54,739 bases of DNA from Eledone cirrhosa (taxonomy: Eukaryota): positions 1-54,739 of the forward strand of contig CAXHJY010001686.1 in the NCBI GenBank assembly GCA_964016885.1. The letters run 5' to 3'. The first letter of the stretch is position 1. Every line of letters begins with the position of its first letter. Under the pieces are notes generated by a model. That model was not told the origin of the DNA and did no database searches. It saw only the letters and a list, made by a program, of their open reading frames with translations. The position numbers and the translations under genes are program-made. Positions 38,816-51,894 of the stretch are shown here, one piece after another.

Positions 38816-38876
38816 TATTTTATTTGATGAGAGCGTACCAAAATTTTGGTACCCTTGAAATATATATAATAGAATA
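38816..38876 (+). ncRNA. Hammerhead family 1 motif with mutated core (TTGATGA)
   Basis: TATTTTAT TTGATGA GAGCGTACCAAA-at-TTTGGTACCCTT GAAA TATATA TA ATAGAATA. Confidence 0.6.
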
Positions 38877-39312
38877 AATATGGTTTTATAAATATAGTTT
38901 CCATTTATTAATATCATTGATATTATACTCCAGAAAACCTCTCGAGTGCTCTTATAAATATATATATTTGTTGAATTGCCAACAAATTAAATATCCCTTT
39001 GCTTATATATATATACTTTTGATAACAGAGAAAATATTCCAGAGTCTCACCATAAACCTCCACTCACAGCTCCACTTCACACATACAGGCAGATATAAAC
39101 CTCCACTCACAGCTCCACTTCACACATACAGGCAGATATAACATATTTGATCAGTTAGTAAAAGAGGCACTGAAGAGATAGACTGTTGCTGTAGAGATAA
39201 ACACACACACACACATTTCTATACAAAGACACACATACACACACATTTCTACACATTGACACACATTGACACATCACTAATCATTTCTATCTAAAACTGA
39301 TGTAGTTGGGTG

Positions 39313-39359
<47 letters not shown>

Positions 39360-39391
39360 CATATATTTATATATGCTATATATATATATGG

Positions 39392-39423
<32 letters not shown>

Positions 39424-39931
39424 GACACATACACTACACTGACACACAAACAGAACAGACAGAACAATCATCATGTGTTTGCAAACAAATCAAGAGCCAA
39501 AGAGAGACTGAGAGGGAGGTCTAGACAGAGAGAGAGAGAGGGAGGGAGAGAGAGAGTAAAAGACAATTCCCAGCCATAATAAACACATTTTATTATTGTC
39601 CTTTTTCCTCATTAAGTGAAATAATTTGTGATAAGAAGAAAAGATAAGAGTTAGGAACCACTGACTGTAGAGGTAGTAGTAGTAGTAGTAGTAGTAGTAG
39701 TAATAACAGTAGTAGCAACAACATACCACCACAACAGTAGCATCAACAACACCACCACCAAGTGGAAAATAAACACCACCTCACCCCCAACCTACACCCC
39801 CACCCCCACATCTCAACCCTCCCACCACCACCCAACTTCTAAGCTAATGTTGTAAATAAGAAAAAGACAGAGAAATGTATCAAGGAAAGAAATACAATTA
39901 AACAACAACAACAACAACAACTACTACTACT

Positions 39932-40170
39932 AATAATAATAATTGTTTCTACTTTAGGCACAAGGCCAGCAATTACCCAGTGCATTACTGGTACTTTATT
40001 TTATCGACCCCGTAAGGATGAAAGGCAAAGTTAACCTCAGCGGGATTTGAACTCAGACCGTAAAGGGACGTAACTATGCTGCAAAGCATGGCGTCCGACC
40101 CTCTACCGATACTGACATCCACCGCCCTATCATGGCGTCCGACCCTCTACCTATACTGCCAATTCACTGC
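39932..40170 (-). mobile_element. SINE family A with tandemly duplicated 5' head
   Basis: Full copy 39932-40128; 40131-40170 repeats catggcgtccgaccctctac... Confidence 0.88.
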
Positions 40171-40224
40171 TAGAATGGGTAAATACAACTGAAAGACAAT
40201 TGTAGATAAATCTCAGCTTGTGGA

Positions 40225-40605
40225 GATGTGTGTGGTACCATGTAGTAACATGTAGTACCACCAGCCACAGGGCATGTGGGGGAGAGACCGAGAGATGTGT
40301 GTGAGGTACCATGTAGTAACATGTAGTACCACCAGCCACAGGACATGTGGGAGAGAGGCCGAGAGATGTGTGTGTGTGGTACCATGTGGCACCACCAGCC
40401 AGAGGACATGTGGGAGAGAAACAGAGAGGTGTGTGTGTAGTAACATGTGGTAACATGTAGTACCACCAGTCACAGGACATGTGGGGGAGAGACAGAGAGA
40501 TGTGTGCTACCATGTAATACCACCAGCCACAGAACATGTGGGAGAGAGACAGAGATGTGTGTGTAATAACATGTAGTACCACCAGCCACAGGACATGTGG
40601 GAGAT
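40225..40605. repeat. ~60-65-bp degenerate minisatellite
   Basis: Recurrent gtaacatgtagtaccaccagccacaggacatgtgggagaga. Confidence 0.9.
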
Positions 40606-41339
40606 ACATATATATATATATATGCTTTCTATTTGGTTTTGGTACCATTCTACCCATGCTAGCATAGAATATGGCCGTTAAACGATGATGATAATGGAAC
40701 ACACACACATATATATATATAAAGAGAGAGAGAGAGAGTATACAAGGTTATAAGCAAGTTACATTAATGTATAATATGTGATGTGTAGATTAGATGTAGG
40801 GTACTGCTGGAAAATAAATGGTAGCTAACAATTAATTAATATTTTAATTAGCAATAATTTCCTTAACACGATTTCCAACAAAGAATCGGTCAAAGATGTA
40901 TAAAACACACAACACTGCCACTCTACACATTGTAGGTTTTTAATTACTTCATTAATAACAAACTTTTAAAATTATATGAAAAGGGCAACAGGAAATTAGA
41001 TTTCCTCCTTCCCACCGTCACCTGTCTTAAGAACTTGCCAAGCTACTAAAACAGATTTGGTAATTTAGGCTGTAAGGTTAAAGTCTCGCACTACTTTCTG
41101 ACCATCTGGTCACAAGAGTTCAAAACCTAGGCACACTCCACCTTAAACAATATAAATTACTCAACTAAGATGGGAACAATTCTTATATTTTAATACAATT
41201 CTTTTGGCTATAAATATTGATTATAATCGTCCCATTTCTGTTATTTCAATTATCATTGAATGGTTTACCAAACTACGGAACCTCCTGGCTTCTTTACACC
41301 TTCCATTGTTGTCTATTTCTTTATACCTATCTTGCCTCC

Positions 41340-41935
41340 ACCTTCTGTATCTTACCTCTGCTGACCTCTATCTTATCTCAACCTTCTGTATCCTACCTCA
41401 GTTGACCTTTATCTTACCTCAGTTGACCTCTATCCTACCTCTGTTGACCTTTATCTTACCTCTGTTAACCTCTATCATATCTCAACCTTCTGTATCCTAC
41501 CTTTTTTGTCCTCTATCTTACCTCAGTTGACCTCTATCTTACCTCTGTTGACCTTTATCTTACCTCTGTTGACCTCTATCCTACCTCTGTTGACTTCTAT
41601 CTTACTTCTGTTGATCTCTATCTTACCTCTGTTAACCTCTATCCTACCTCAGTTGACCTCTATCTTACCTCTGTTGACCTCTATTTTACCTCTATCCTAC
41701 CTCTGTTGACCACTATCCTACCTCTGTTGACCTCTATCCTACCTCAGTTGACCTCTATCCTACCTCTGTTGACCTCTATCTTACCTCTGTTGACCTCTAT
41801 CCTACCTCTGTTGACCTCTATCCTACCTCAGTTAACCTCTATCCTACCTCTGTTGACCTCTATCTTACCTCTGTTGACCTCTATCCTACCTCTGTTGACC
41901 TCTATCCTACCTCTGTTGACCGCTATCTTACCTCC
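41340..41935. repeat. 21-bp minisatellite
   Basis: Unit TTGACCTCTATC(C/T)TACCTCTG. Confidence 0.95.
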
Positions 41936-42401
41936 ACCTTCTCTATCTTGGCTCCTGTTAACCTTCTCTATTGAAAATATCTTTTTAGATTTAAATTTTT
42001 ATATTCACTTATCTCTGCCTTTCTTGTAGAAGTAAATAAACAAATAGGACCACCAAACACCTAAATCTGAACATAGGTACAGCTAGAACAGACACAAAGT
42101 AATGACTGAATGTCCCTATAGGTAAATAAGACCATCTAACAGCTTATATTTGAGTATATTTAAGTTAGTTATTTTAAGTTTAAAAAATGAATGACATGAA
42201 GACTTCCTTTAAAAAATGTAGAGTGATTGTCATTGAATTTCTACAGTTGAGACATAAATACACTTTAATATGTTAATATTCAACAATTTTCTGACTTTTT
42301 GTACAGTCCAGACAATGTACACTACAACTACTGTTACACACAGATATCATATATATTTGTATGTGTTATATATTTGTGTGTGTGTGTGCATATATATATA
42401 T

Positions 42402-42770
42402 GTCAACTCTGGATGTCGGTGAGCATGTCCAGCTAACCTCAGTCTCCTCTGTGTCACTTTTGAGCTGACTTTTGGGATGCTCCCATACAGCTCTGAGTTT
42501 TTCATCCTCAGTGTATACTGATTAATGTTCAGAGCCATCCTCAGCATTCTCGTGTAGCACCCATCCACCATCTGAGTGAGTTTCTTTGGGAGCCCCTACA
42601 TGGACACACTAGAAGAGGAAGACCAAGGTTAATGTATGTTGATGCCCTAAGGACAGACACTGGTCTATTGGAGACGCAGGACATGGCAGCGATAATGAGG
42701 GACAGAGACCGCTGGAGAGAACTCGTCCATGGATCTCGGGAATCTTACCCGCCTTAGAAAAAAAAAAAAA
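42402..42770 (+). mobile_element. 5'-truncated, 5'-inverted RTE-group LINE fragment with poly(A)
   Basis: Minus strand 42402-42586 encodes DGCYTRMLRMALNI...RRLRLAGHAHRHPELT; plus strand 42587-42757 encodes WEPLHGHTRRGRPRLMYVDALRTDTG...[11 protein letters not shown]...*, followed by A13. Confidence 0.88.
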
Positions 42771-42794
42771 TATATATATATTTATATATATATA

Positions 42795-42867
<73 letters not shown>

Positions 42868-43201
42868 ATATATTTATAGATATATATTTAAATATATTTA
42901 TATATATATAATTATCCAATCAATAGAATCCTAGAATGAGCTTTTTTCATGGCAACTATACCAACATTTCAGAAGAATAATAGACCATAGTTTATTCCCA
43001 TAAGGAATATCTTTGTAAAGAACTATTTCATTTATATTGACTGACTTAGATAAACGAGTTAAACTAATTTCAATAAATTTCCCTAAATTAAGCCCAAAAT
43101 TCATTGCGATGGCTTTTGTAAGAGTTTGTTTTTGTGATCCTCACTCCTTCACATAAGTGCTAATTCAGATTATAATAGGATGAAAAGACTCACACACATA
43201 T

Positions 43202-43232
<31 letters not shown>

Positions 43233-43534
43233 CATATACATACACATACATACACATACACATATACACATACATACACATATATACATACACACACACA
43301 CACACTGATATACAATCATACATACACACAAAAAGAAATAAAATTAATACCCCCCCCCCCCACACACACGCGCAACAAAAAAGAAAGAAGAAAAGAAACA
43401 AACAAAAACAACAACAACAAACAACAAACAACATATTCATAGAATTTAATTGAAAGCACCATGGCAACATTCTTGTTGGAAGGAAAAGATTCTAGGAGGT
43501 GAATAAATGGCTTTCTCAGACAATATAGCAATAA

Positions 43535-43680
43535 CAACTTAACAAAAGATAGAAGAAACAACAACAACATAACAAAAGATAGAAGAAACAACAACAACTT
43601 AACAAAAGATACAAGAAACAACAACAACTTAACAAAAGATACAAGAAACAACAACAACATAAAAGATACAAGAAACAACA
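43535..43680. repeat. 30-bp tandem repeat
   Basis: Unit AACAAAAGATA(G/C)AAGAAACAACAACAAC(T/A)T. Confidence 0.9.
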
Positions 43681-44002
43681 ACAACAACAGCAATAACAGC
43701 AGCAATAACACCAACAACAGCAACAACGCCAACACCCCCACCACAAACAACAACAACAACAACATGATGATGTAAAAACACATTACACTAACTCTGACTC
43801 TCCCTGTGATTTATAAGTTCTTCTTCTTCTTCTTATTATTATTTTCTATGTATTGTTGTGTTATTTGTTTCTCCTGATTTATCCCAAACTAATCCAAGTA
43901 GAAAATACTGCCAAACCACATTATAGTGGAATAAGGTTTGGCAACTTTGCAGATAATCCACCAATACTGTCATGGCGGAGATGATCCTGCTATTAAACCA
44001 GC

Positions 44003-44540
44003 ATACCCCACACTATGTCACCTCTCTCTTTCTCACCCCACACTATGTCACCCTCTCTCTCTCTCTCTCACCCCACACTATGTAACCCTCTCTCTCTCTC
44101 TCACCCCACACTATGTCACCCTCTCTCTCTCACCCCACACTATGTCACCTTCTCTCTCTCTCTCACCCCACACTATGTCACCCTCTCTCTCTCACCCCAC
44201 ACTATGTCACCCTCTCTCTCTCTCACCCCACACTATGTCACCCTCTCTCTCTCACCCCACACTATGTCACCCTCTCTCTCTCTCTCACCCCACACTATGT
44301 CACCCTCTCTCTCTCTCTCACCCCACACTATGTCACCCTCTCTCTCTCTCTCACCCCACACTATGTCACCCTCTCTCTCTCACCCCACACTATGTAACCC
44401 TCTCTCTCTCTCTCACCCCACACTATGTCACCCTCTCTCTCTCTCTCACCCCACACTATGTAAACCTCTCTCTCTCTCACCCCACACTATGTCATCCTCT
44501 CTCTCTCTCACTCCACACTATGTCACCCTCTCTCTCTCTC
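44003..44540. repeat. Minisatellite CACCCCACACTATGTCACC(CT)n
   Basis: Constant core with a variable (CT)n spacer. Confidence 0.95.
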
Positions 44541-44887
44541 ACTCTACATCACCCTCTCTCACTCACTCCACACAATGGATACTCTCTCACTATATATACT
44601 CACTCTCTTACTATCTATCTACTCACTCTCTCACTATCTCTATACTCACTCTCTCACTCCCACTCTACATCACCCCTCTCTCACTCTCACTCTACATATC
44701 CCCTCTCACTCAATATCTTTAACTCTTAACATCCATGTGGTCACATGACCTGTCTGGCCACATTATGTGACAGCCCATCTAACCCATGAAAGCATGGAAA
44801 ATAGATATTAAATGGTGATAATGATGATGATGTACAAAAGCAGACAATTTGAAGGAGGGATATAGTAGTTTATCAACACCAATCCAT

Positions 44888-45056
44888 GAAGCCGCATGGC
44901 TTAGTGGTTAGAGCATTGGGCTTGCAATTGAAAGGTTGTGAGTTCAATTCTCAGACCGGGTGATGTGTTGTTTCCTTGAGCAAGACACTTTATTTTACGT
45001 TGCTCCAGTTTACTCAGCTGTAGAAATGAGATGATAGGACTGGGGTCCCTATCATT
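44888..45056 (+). mobile_element. tRNA-derived SINE family B
   Basis: A box TGGCTTAGTGG, B box GAGTTCAATTC, terminal hairpin ATGATAGGAC-tggg-GTCCCTATCAT. Confidence 0.88.
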
Positions 45057-45286
45057 AAACTACCCAAGACACCTCCAACGAGATATACCTTGGAGGAGGC
45101 CAGCTAAACCTGCATAGGTGTGAGTTGTCACACACACACACATAGGTGTGAGCTGTCACACACAATCTTTGCTTGGTACTTATTTTATCAACTGGGGTGG
45201 AGGTAAATTTAAGTTCCATGATTTACTAAATTTGGCACAAGGTCATAAATTGTGAGGAAGTATCAGCGATTGAATCAAGTTCCAGT

Positions 45287-45400
45287 CTTATTTTATCAAT
45301 CCTGTAAAGATGAAAGGCAAAGTTAACCCTGGTGGGATTTGAACTCAAAATCTAAAGAAATATAACTATTTTGTTTGGCACTCTACAAAATCTGCCACTC
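45287..45400 (-). mobile_element. Degraded SINE family A
   Basis: attttatcaatcctgtaaagatgaaaggcaaagttaaccctggtgggatttgaactca. Confidence 0.75.
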
Positions 45401-45531
45401 CAGTAATAACAATATTTCTTACTCAGAACAAGTAAATATATATTGAGAAGGGAGTGAGATGGGAGGTGAGGTATTAATGTTTTTCCCTGGTGGCATTAAC
45501 TCTAGAACACACACACACATATATATATATC

Positions 45532-45577
<46 letters not shown>

Positions 45578-46118
45578 AATGAGGAGAGGAAAAGTTAACT
45601 GCTAGGGAAGTGACCCTAGATATCCTGAATAAAGCAATTAGTCCCTTGAGATATTAATAAAAAAACAAAGAAGGGGGTGGCTGACTCTCAAATGAAATTA
45701 GTCTTTAGAATTGTACATGAGAGAGAGGTAGAGGGAGAGGGTAGAGAGAGAGAGGGGGGGGATAGAGAGAGATGGAGGGGGATATATATATAGAGAGAGA
45801 GATTCTAGGAGGAGGGACTGCCAACAAACAGATACGGCATGTTCCCTAACATTAGAAACAATTATTACTTGGGCTCACATTAAGCCCCCTTTTTCTGATG
45901 ATGTGAGCAATGTTTACTAAGGTGGAAGGTAGGGTGATGTCAGAGATAACATCAATAGCTAGTGATGCTATCAGTGTTAGGGCCTTTCACTGTAGGGTCC
46001 ACAGCAATACCACAGATAAGACAAAACCCAAGGGGAGATTGTTGTTGTTGTAGTAGTAGTAGGAACAGTAATAATAGTAGTAGGAGTAGTAGTGGTGGTG
46101 GAGATAGTAACAGTAATG

Positions 46119-46155
<37 letters not shown>

Positions 46156-47821
46156 CAGCAGCAGCAACAGTAGTAGTAGTAGTAGTAATAGTAGCAGCAA
46201 CAACAGTAGTAGTAGTAGTAGCAGTAACTTGGGATCAGCAATCAACAGTAATTAACAAATTAGATCTCAAAAAGTAATAAAATCTAAAATTAGAAACAAA
46301 GAAACTTGTTTTGTGTTTGCTTTGTTTTTTCTTAAATTTCCTATTAATTCTTTCTTTTTTTTAATCTTTAACACTTTATCTTTGGTAATTAAAGCCATCA
46401 TCATCATCACCATCATTACCATCATCATCATCATTACCATCATTATTGAAATTAAAACATTGAAGTTGAAACCAAGATAAAAAGATTATATATTTCTCTC
46501 TGTATGTGTATGTGTATTTGTATGTGTGTGTGTGTATATGTGTGTTTGTATGTGTCAGTATGAGTGTGTATCTGCATGCAAGCATGTCTGTGTGAGTATA
46601 TCTGTATCTGTATGTGCATGTGAGTCTGTATACGTTTGTGTGTGTCTGTCTGTATATGTTTATGTGTGCGTGTGTGTGTCTGTATATATATATGTGTATA
46701 CTCTTCACCTCCATCTTTGTTTTCTACTCCCACTACTACCACCTCTTACAGCCACTCTCTTGTCTTCTCTTCTTTCATCTTTCCTTTCTCATTCACTTAA
46801 ATTACATTGTTTTTATTATTATTTCTTACTAAACAATTTCAGAGCTGTGTCTTCTGGGTTCAAATCTTGCTATGATCAACATCAAAGGTTAACTTAATCC
46901 TCCTTGCTATGACTCTTTTAATCTGTGATGTCACATCTAATACAGCTGTCTATGACAATGACCACAGCTTAAAATAGTCATAGTGAAACACAGACACACA
47001 CACCACACCACACTACACACCAAACAATACCACACTACACAACACACACCACACTACACCATACTACAGACAACACACACCACACCATATTACACACACA
47101 CACAACACAACACAACACCATACAACATACACACCACACTACACAACACAAGACACACACCACACCACACAACACAACACACACACAGCACACACCATAC
47201 AACACACCACACAACACAACACACCACACAACACACACACCACACATATAGACGTATATCATCATCATCAACATTGTTTAACCTCTGCCTTATACCCTAC
47301 ATTTATATACAAAAAACAAGAGCCTCACTATCAAAGAAAAAAGAAATATTTTCTCCCAACCTCGCCAAACAAGAGAATAATATTAAACAAAAAGTCCAAA
47401 CAAAAGCCAACCATGACCCACCCCACAAATATAATTATTCAGCTACAAAACAACTTTGAACACAATACAGTAATGTCCATCACAATCAAATCAATCACCA
47501 AATATTTCATGTTTAATCAACATAACCTGAAACTTAGAACCAAGCATTAAATGTAAAGTGAAGTTAAAGATGGCGTAATATAAACTAACCCAGTCTACGG
47601 TTATTAAGAGGATGGACTTCATCAGGCCACAGTCACCCTCAATATCTGGTTGTTATACATAAACATAACGTCTGTGCTTTTATATATACCACACACACAA
47701 ACCATGGTAGTCACCTGACCAATCTTGCCTCAAGTGGGACAATTCCCGTCTAACCCATGCTAGCGTAGAAGATGGACGTTAAATGATGATGATGCTCACA
47801 TACCATATACTTAACCTTTAT

Positions 47822-47890
<69 letters not shown>

Positions 47891-47941
47891 ACAAAGTGAA
47901 CATAGACCATTCTTTTTTCCTTTGCTTTTTCTTCGGAATTA

Positions 47942-48602
47942 CATCATCATCATCATCTACGTTTAACGTCCGTGTTCCACGCTTGCATGGGTTTGGACGG
48001 AGGTTTTCCCACTTGAGGCAAGAGTGATTGTCTTGCTCGCATAGGACTATCTGGCGGGTTTTCTACAGCTGGATGCCCTTCCTAACACCAACCACATTTA
48101 CAGTGTGGGGCTGGGAGGTTTTTACCGTGTTGCCTACACGGCCACATTACAGCGTGGACTGTCTGGCAGGTTTTCTACAGCTGGATGCCCTTCCTAACAC
48201 CAACCACATTTACAGTGTGGGGCTGGGAGGTTTTTACCGTGTTGCCTACACGGCCACATTACAGCGTGGACTGCACCAACATAACTTTACATTGAAGGGG
48301 TGGTGTGGATGGGGTGGTGTGGATGGGGTGGGGTGGTGGTGGGACGGGGGTGTATTTTGTTAGAGATGCCTACTGGCTGTAGTAGGTTTTACTTTGTATT
48401 TAGGTAAGGCGGGTCTTCTCTATTACTGAGTACCGCCAAAGGTCTCGGTCCAGTGACATTGTCTTGGAGAGGTGTTAGTGTGTGAGGTCAGAATTTATCA
48501 GCTCGTCCCAGGTTTTTCTGGGTCTGCCTACTCCGTGGCTACCGTCTATCTTTATTGCCCTGCACTTTGTTATACAGATGTCGTCTTTCGTGCGCATCAC
48601 GT
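47942..48602 (-). mobile_element. 5'-truncated RTE copy of a related subfamily
   Basis: Minus strand [40 protein letters not shown]...DRDLWR; 3' UTR with a 112-bp tandem duplication (48051 and 48163); (GAT)n tail. Confidence 0.88.
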
Positions 48603-48774
48603 ATATAATAACAATAATTGTTTGCTTTACGCTGGTAATGGCGGTGGTGGCGGTGAATGGTGGTGGAATGGTGTCAGTGTGGTGGCGGTGGATGGTATCA
48701 GCGTGGTGGTGGTGGATGGTCAGTGATGGTGGTGGCAGTTGTTGGTGCTGTAGTTGTTATTGTAGTTGTTGTCG

Positions 48775-48819
48775 TACACATATATATATATACATATATA
48801 TATATATACATATATATAC

Positions 48820-48852
<33 letters not shown>

Positions 48853-48855
48853 CAC

Positions 48856-48904
<49 letters not shown>

Positions 48905-48909
48905 TATAC

Positions 48910-48958
<49 letters not shown>

Positions 48959-48963
48959 TATAC

Positions 48964-49018
<55 letters not shown>

Positions 49019-49019
49019 C

Positions 49020-49064
<45 letters not shown>

Positions 49065-49115
49065 CATATATATATATACATATATATATACATATATATA
49101 TATATACATATATAT

Positions 49116-49164
<49 letters not shown>

Positions 49165-49177
49165 CATATATATATAC

Positions 49178-49208
<31 letters not shown>

Positions 49209-49221
49209 CATATATATATAC
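48775..49221. repeat. (TA)n/(TACA) microsatellite
   Basis: Direct reading. Confidence 0.97.
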
Positions 49222-50013
49222 ATCATCATCATCATCATCATCATCACCGTTTTACGTCCGTTCTTCCACGCTAGCATGGGTTAGACGGGTTGTCCTGTTG
49301 TGGGCAGTGTCTGGTCGGCTGACCATGCCTTGCTCATACAGGAACTGATCTGGCTTGATTTCTACAGCTGGATGCCCTTCCTAACACCAACCTCATTTAC
49401 AGTGAGTGCTGGGTGCTTTTTCGTGGCGCCTACACGTCCACTTTACAGTGTGGGCTGGGTGCTTTTTTGCCGTGGCACCTCCACGACCACCTTGCGGTGG
49501 GGGGGGGGGGGGCATATTGTTTATATGCTTCAGCATGTACCCATGGGAGGTCGGGTACCCTGTATTACTGCGTGACGCCAGAAGTCATGGTCGTGTGTCA
49601 TTGACTTTGAGAGGTGTAGTTGGGTAAGGTCGGCTCTTATCACCTCATCCCAAGTCATCTTGGGTCTCCCCACTCCGCGGTTTCCATCAACTTCTAGTGC
49701 TCTGCACCTTTTTATGCAGCTGTCATCCTTCATACGCATCACATGTCCATACCAGCGTAACTGCCTCTCCTGCACGCAGCATTTGATTCCTCTTATGCTC
49801 AGTCTCTCTCTCAATTCCTTTATGCTTTGTCGTTCACGTATATTACTGTTACACATCCATCGGAGCATGCAGGCTTCGTTTCTCTCTAATCTACGTAAGT
49901 CTTCCACCTTCAGCGCCCGGGTCTCACTACCATGCAACATTGCTGTTTGTATACACGCATCATACGGTCTGCCTTTCAGACTGTATGATGCGTGTATCCG
50001 AACAGCGATGTTG

Positions 50014-50016
<3 letters not shown>
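49222..50016 (-). mobile_element. 5'-truncated RTE copy, near-identical to 31284-32032, with a 40-bp fold-back at its 5' end
   Basis: About nine substitutions versus the long copy; 49977-50016 is an inverted duplicate of 49932-49971. Confidence 0.95.
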
Positions 50017-50058
<42 letters not shown>

Positions 50059-50507
50059 TCAGACACACCATATATTTAACATATATATATATATATACAT
50101 ATGCTCACACACATCATATACTTAACCTATATATATATATATATATATGCTCACACAGACCATATATTATACATATATATACATATGCTCACACACCATA
50201 TATTTAACCTATATATAACAAAAACAAAAAAGAACTGGATTCTTCTGAAACTACTCTTCATATATTCTCTTATAAATGGTAACGCCATTCTTGTCTCTCT
50301 AATTTCCTTTTCCTTTCTTTTTCACTTCTAATTTTTCAAGAAATAAAAACTAAAATGTAAACAAACAAACAAAAAAAAACACTCAAAGACGAAGAAGAAT
50401 AAAAGATAAAAGATAATTGCGGAGCGTTGGTGGGGTCTTAATAAGCTTCTCTCTGTTAACCAACTACGTACACCAACACCACTGACACCAAATCAATGAA
50501 TTTGACT

Positions 50508-50741
50508 GCAAACAACAACAACAAAGACAGCAACAACAACAAAGACATCAACAACAACAACAACAACAACAACAAAGACATCAACAACAACAACAACAAC
50601 AAAGACAGCAACAACAACAACAACAACAAAGACAGCAACAACAACAACAACAACAACAACAACGACAGCAACAACAGCAACAACAACAACAACAACAACA
50701 AAGACAGCAACAACAACAACAACAACAACAACAAAGACAGC

Positions 50742-50776
<35 letters not shown>

Positions 50777-50986
50777 AGACAACAACAACAACAACAACAA
50801 CAACAAAGACAGCAACAACAACAACAACAACAACAACAACAAAGACAACAACAACAACAACAACAACAACAAAGACAGCAACAACAACAACAACAACAAC
50901 AACAACAAAGACAACAACAACAGCAACAACAACAACAACGACAACAACAACAACAACAACAACAACAGCAACAACAACAAAGACAG
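50508..50986. repeat. (AAC)n repeat interrupted by AAAGAC
   Basis: Direct reading. Confidence 0.97.
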
Positions 50987-51212
50987 CCTCTTGCTAGAAG
51001 AAACAATTCCGACAATTATTGCTGAAAGGTAATAATGGTTTCAGTGATGGGCGGAAAGTTGGAGGAGGAAGAAGAAGAAGAAGAAGAGGAGGAGGAGGTC
51101 AATTTAATGGATCATAGTATATTAAACAACAACAACAACAACAACAACTATATTTAATGAACTGGCAGAGTTTATCAAAGTTCTGAAGGAGGCGGAGAAA
51201 AATATGGTGGCT

Positions 51213-51590
51213 GTAGTAGTAGTAGTAGTAGCAGTAGTGGTAGTAGTAATAGTAGTAGTAGTAATAGCAGTAGTGATAGTAGTAATAGTAGTAGTAGTAG
51301 TAATAGCAGTAGTGGTAGTAGTAGTAGCAGTAGTAGTAGTAGTAATAGCAGTAGTAGTAGTAGTAATAGTAGTAGTAGTAATAGCAGTAGTGATAGTAGT
51401 AATAGTAGTAGTAGTAGTAATAGCAGTAGTGGTAGTAGTAGTAGTAGTAATAGTAGTAGTAGTAGTAGTAATAATAGCAGTAGTGGTAGTAATAGTAGTA
51501 GTAGTAATAGCAGTAGTGGTAGTAGTAGTAATAGCAGTAGTGGTAGTAGTAGTAATAGTAGTAGTAATAGTAGTAGTAATAGTGGTAGTG
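51213..51590. repeat. (GTA)n-type repeat
   Basis: Direct reading. Confidence 0.96.
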
Positions 51591-51894
51591 ATTGTAGAAG
51601 ATAGTGCTTAGTGTTAAAATGGTGGTGTAGTGCTAGAAGAACCCATTGTTATGGTGCCAAGCATTATTGCAATGTTTGTTGTTGTTGTTGTTGCAGCTGA
51701 TGATGATGATGATGATGAAGATAATGCCCTCATCCCCCCCCCCCCTCCCTCTCCATTAATCCTAAACAACTAAACAAACCTATGATGAAATTTGTTCCAG
51801 ATGTGACCATCCCACACTTTTAGGTGTATGCAGTCAGGCCCATGCAATGGTGGTAAAAGACCCAGTTCATATGTGAAATGTAGGCTCCTGAAGC

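Noticed and set aside
44891-44960. tRNA gene candidates (also 8835-8906 and 26015-26086)
   Set aside because: A and B boxes are followed by a shared SINE body and no proper acceptor stem; these are SINE heads.
47605-47630. Minus-strand CTGATGA (ttcatcagg on +)
   Set aside because: No stem II followed by GAAA; not a hammerhead.
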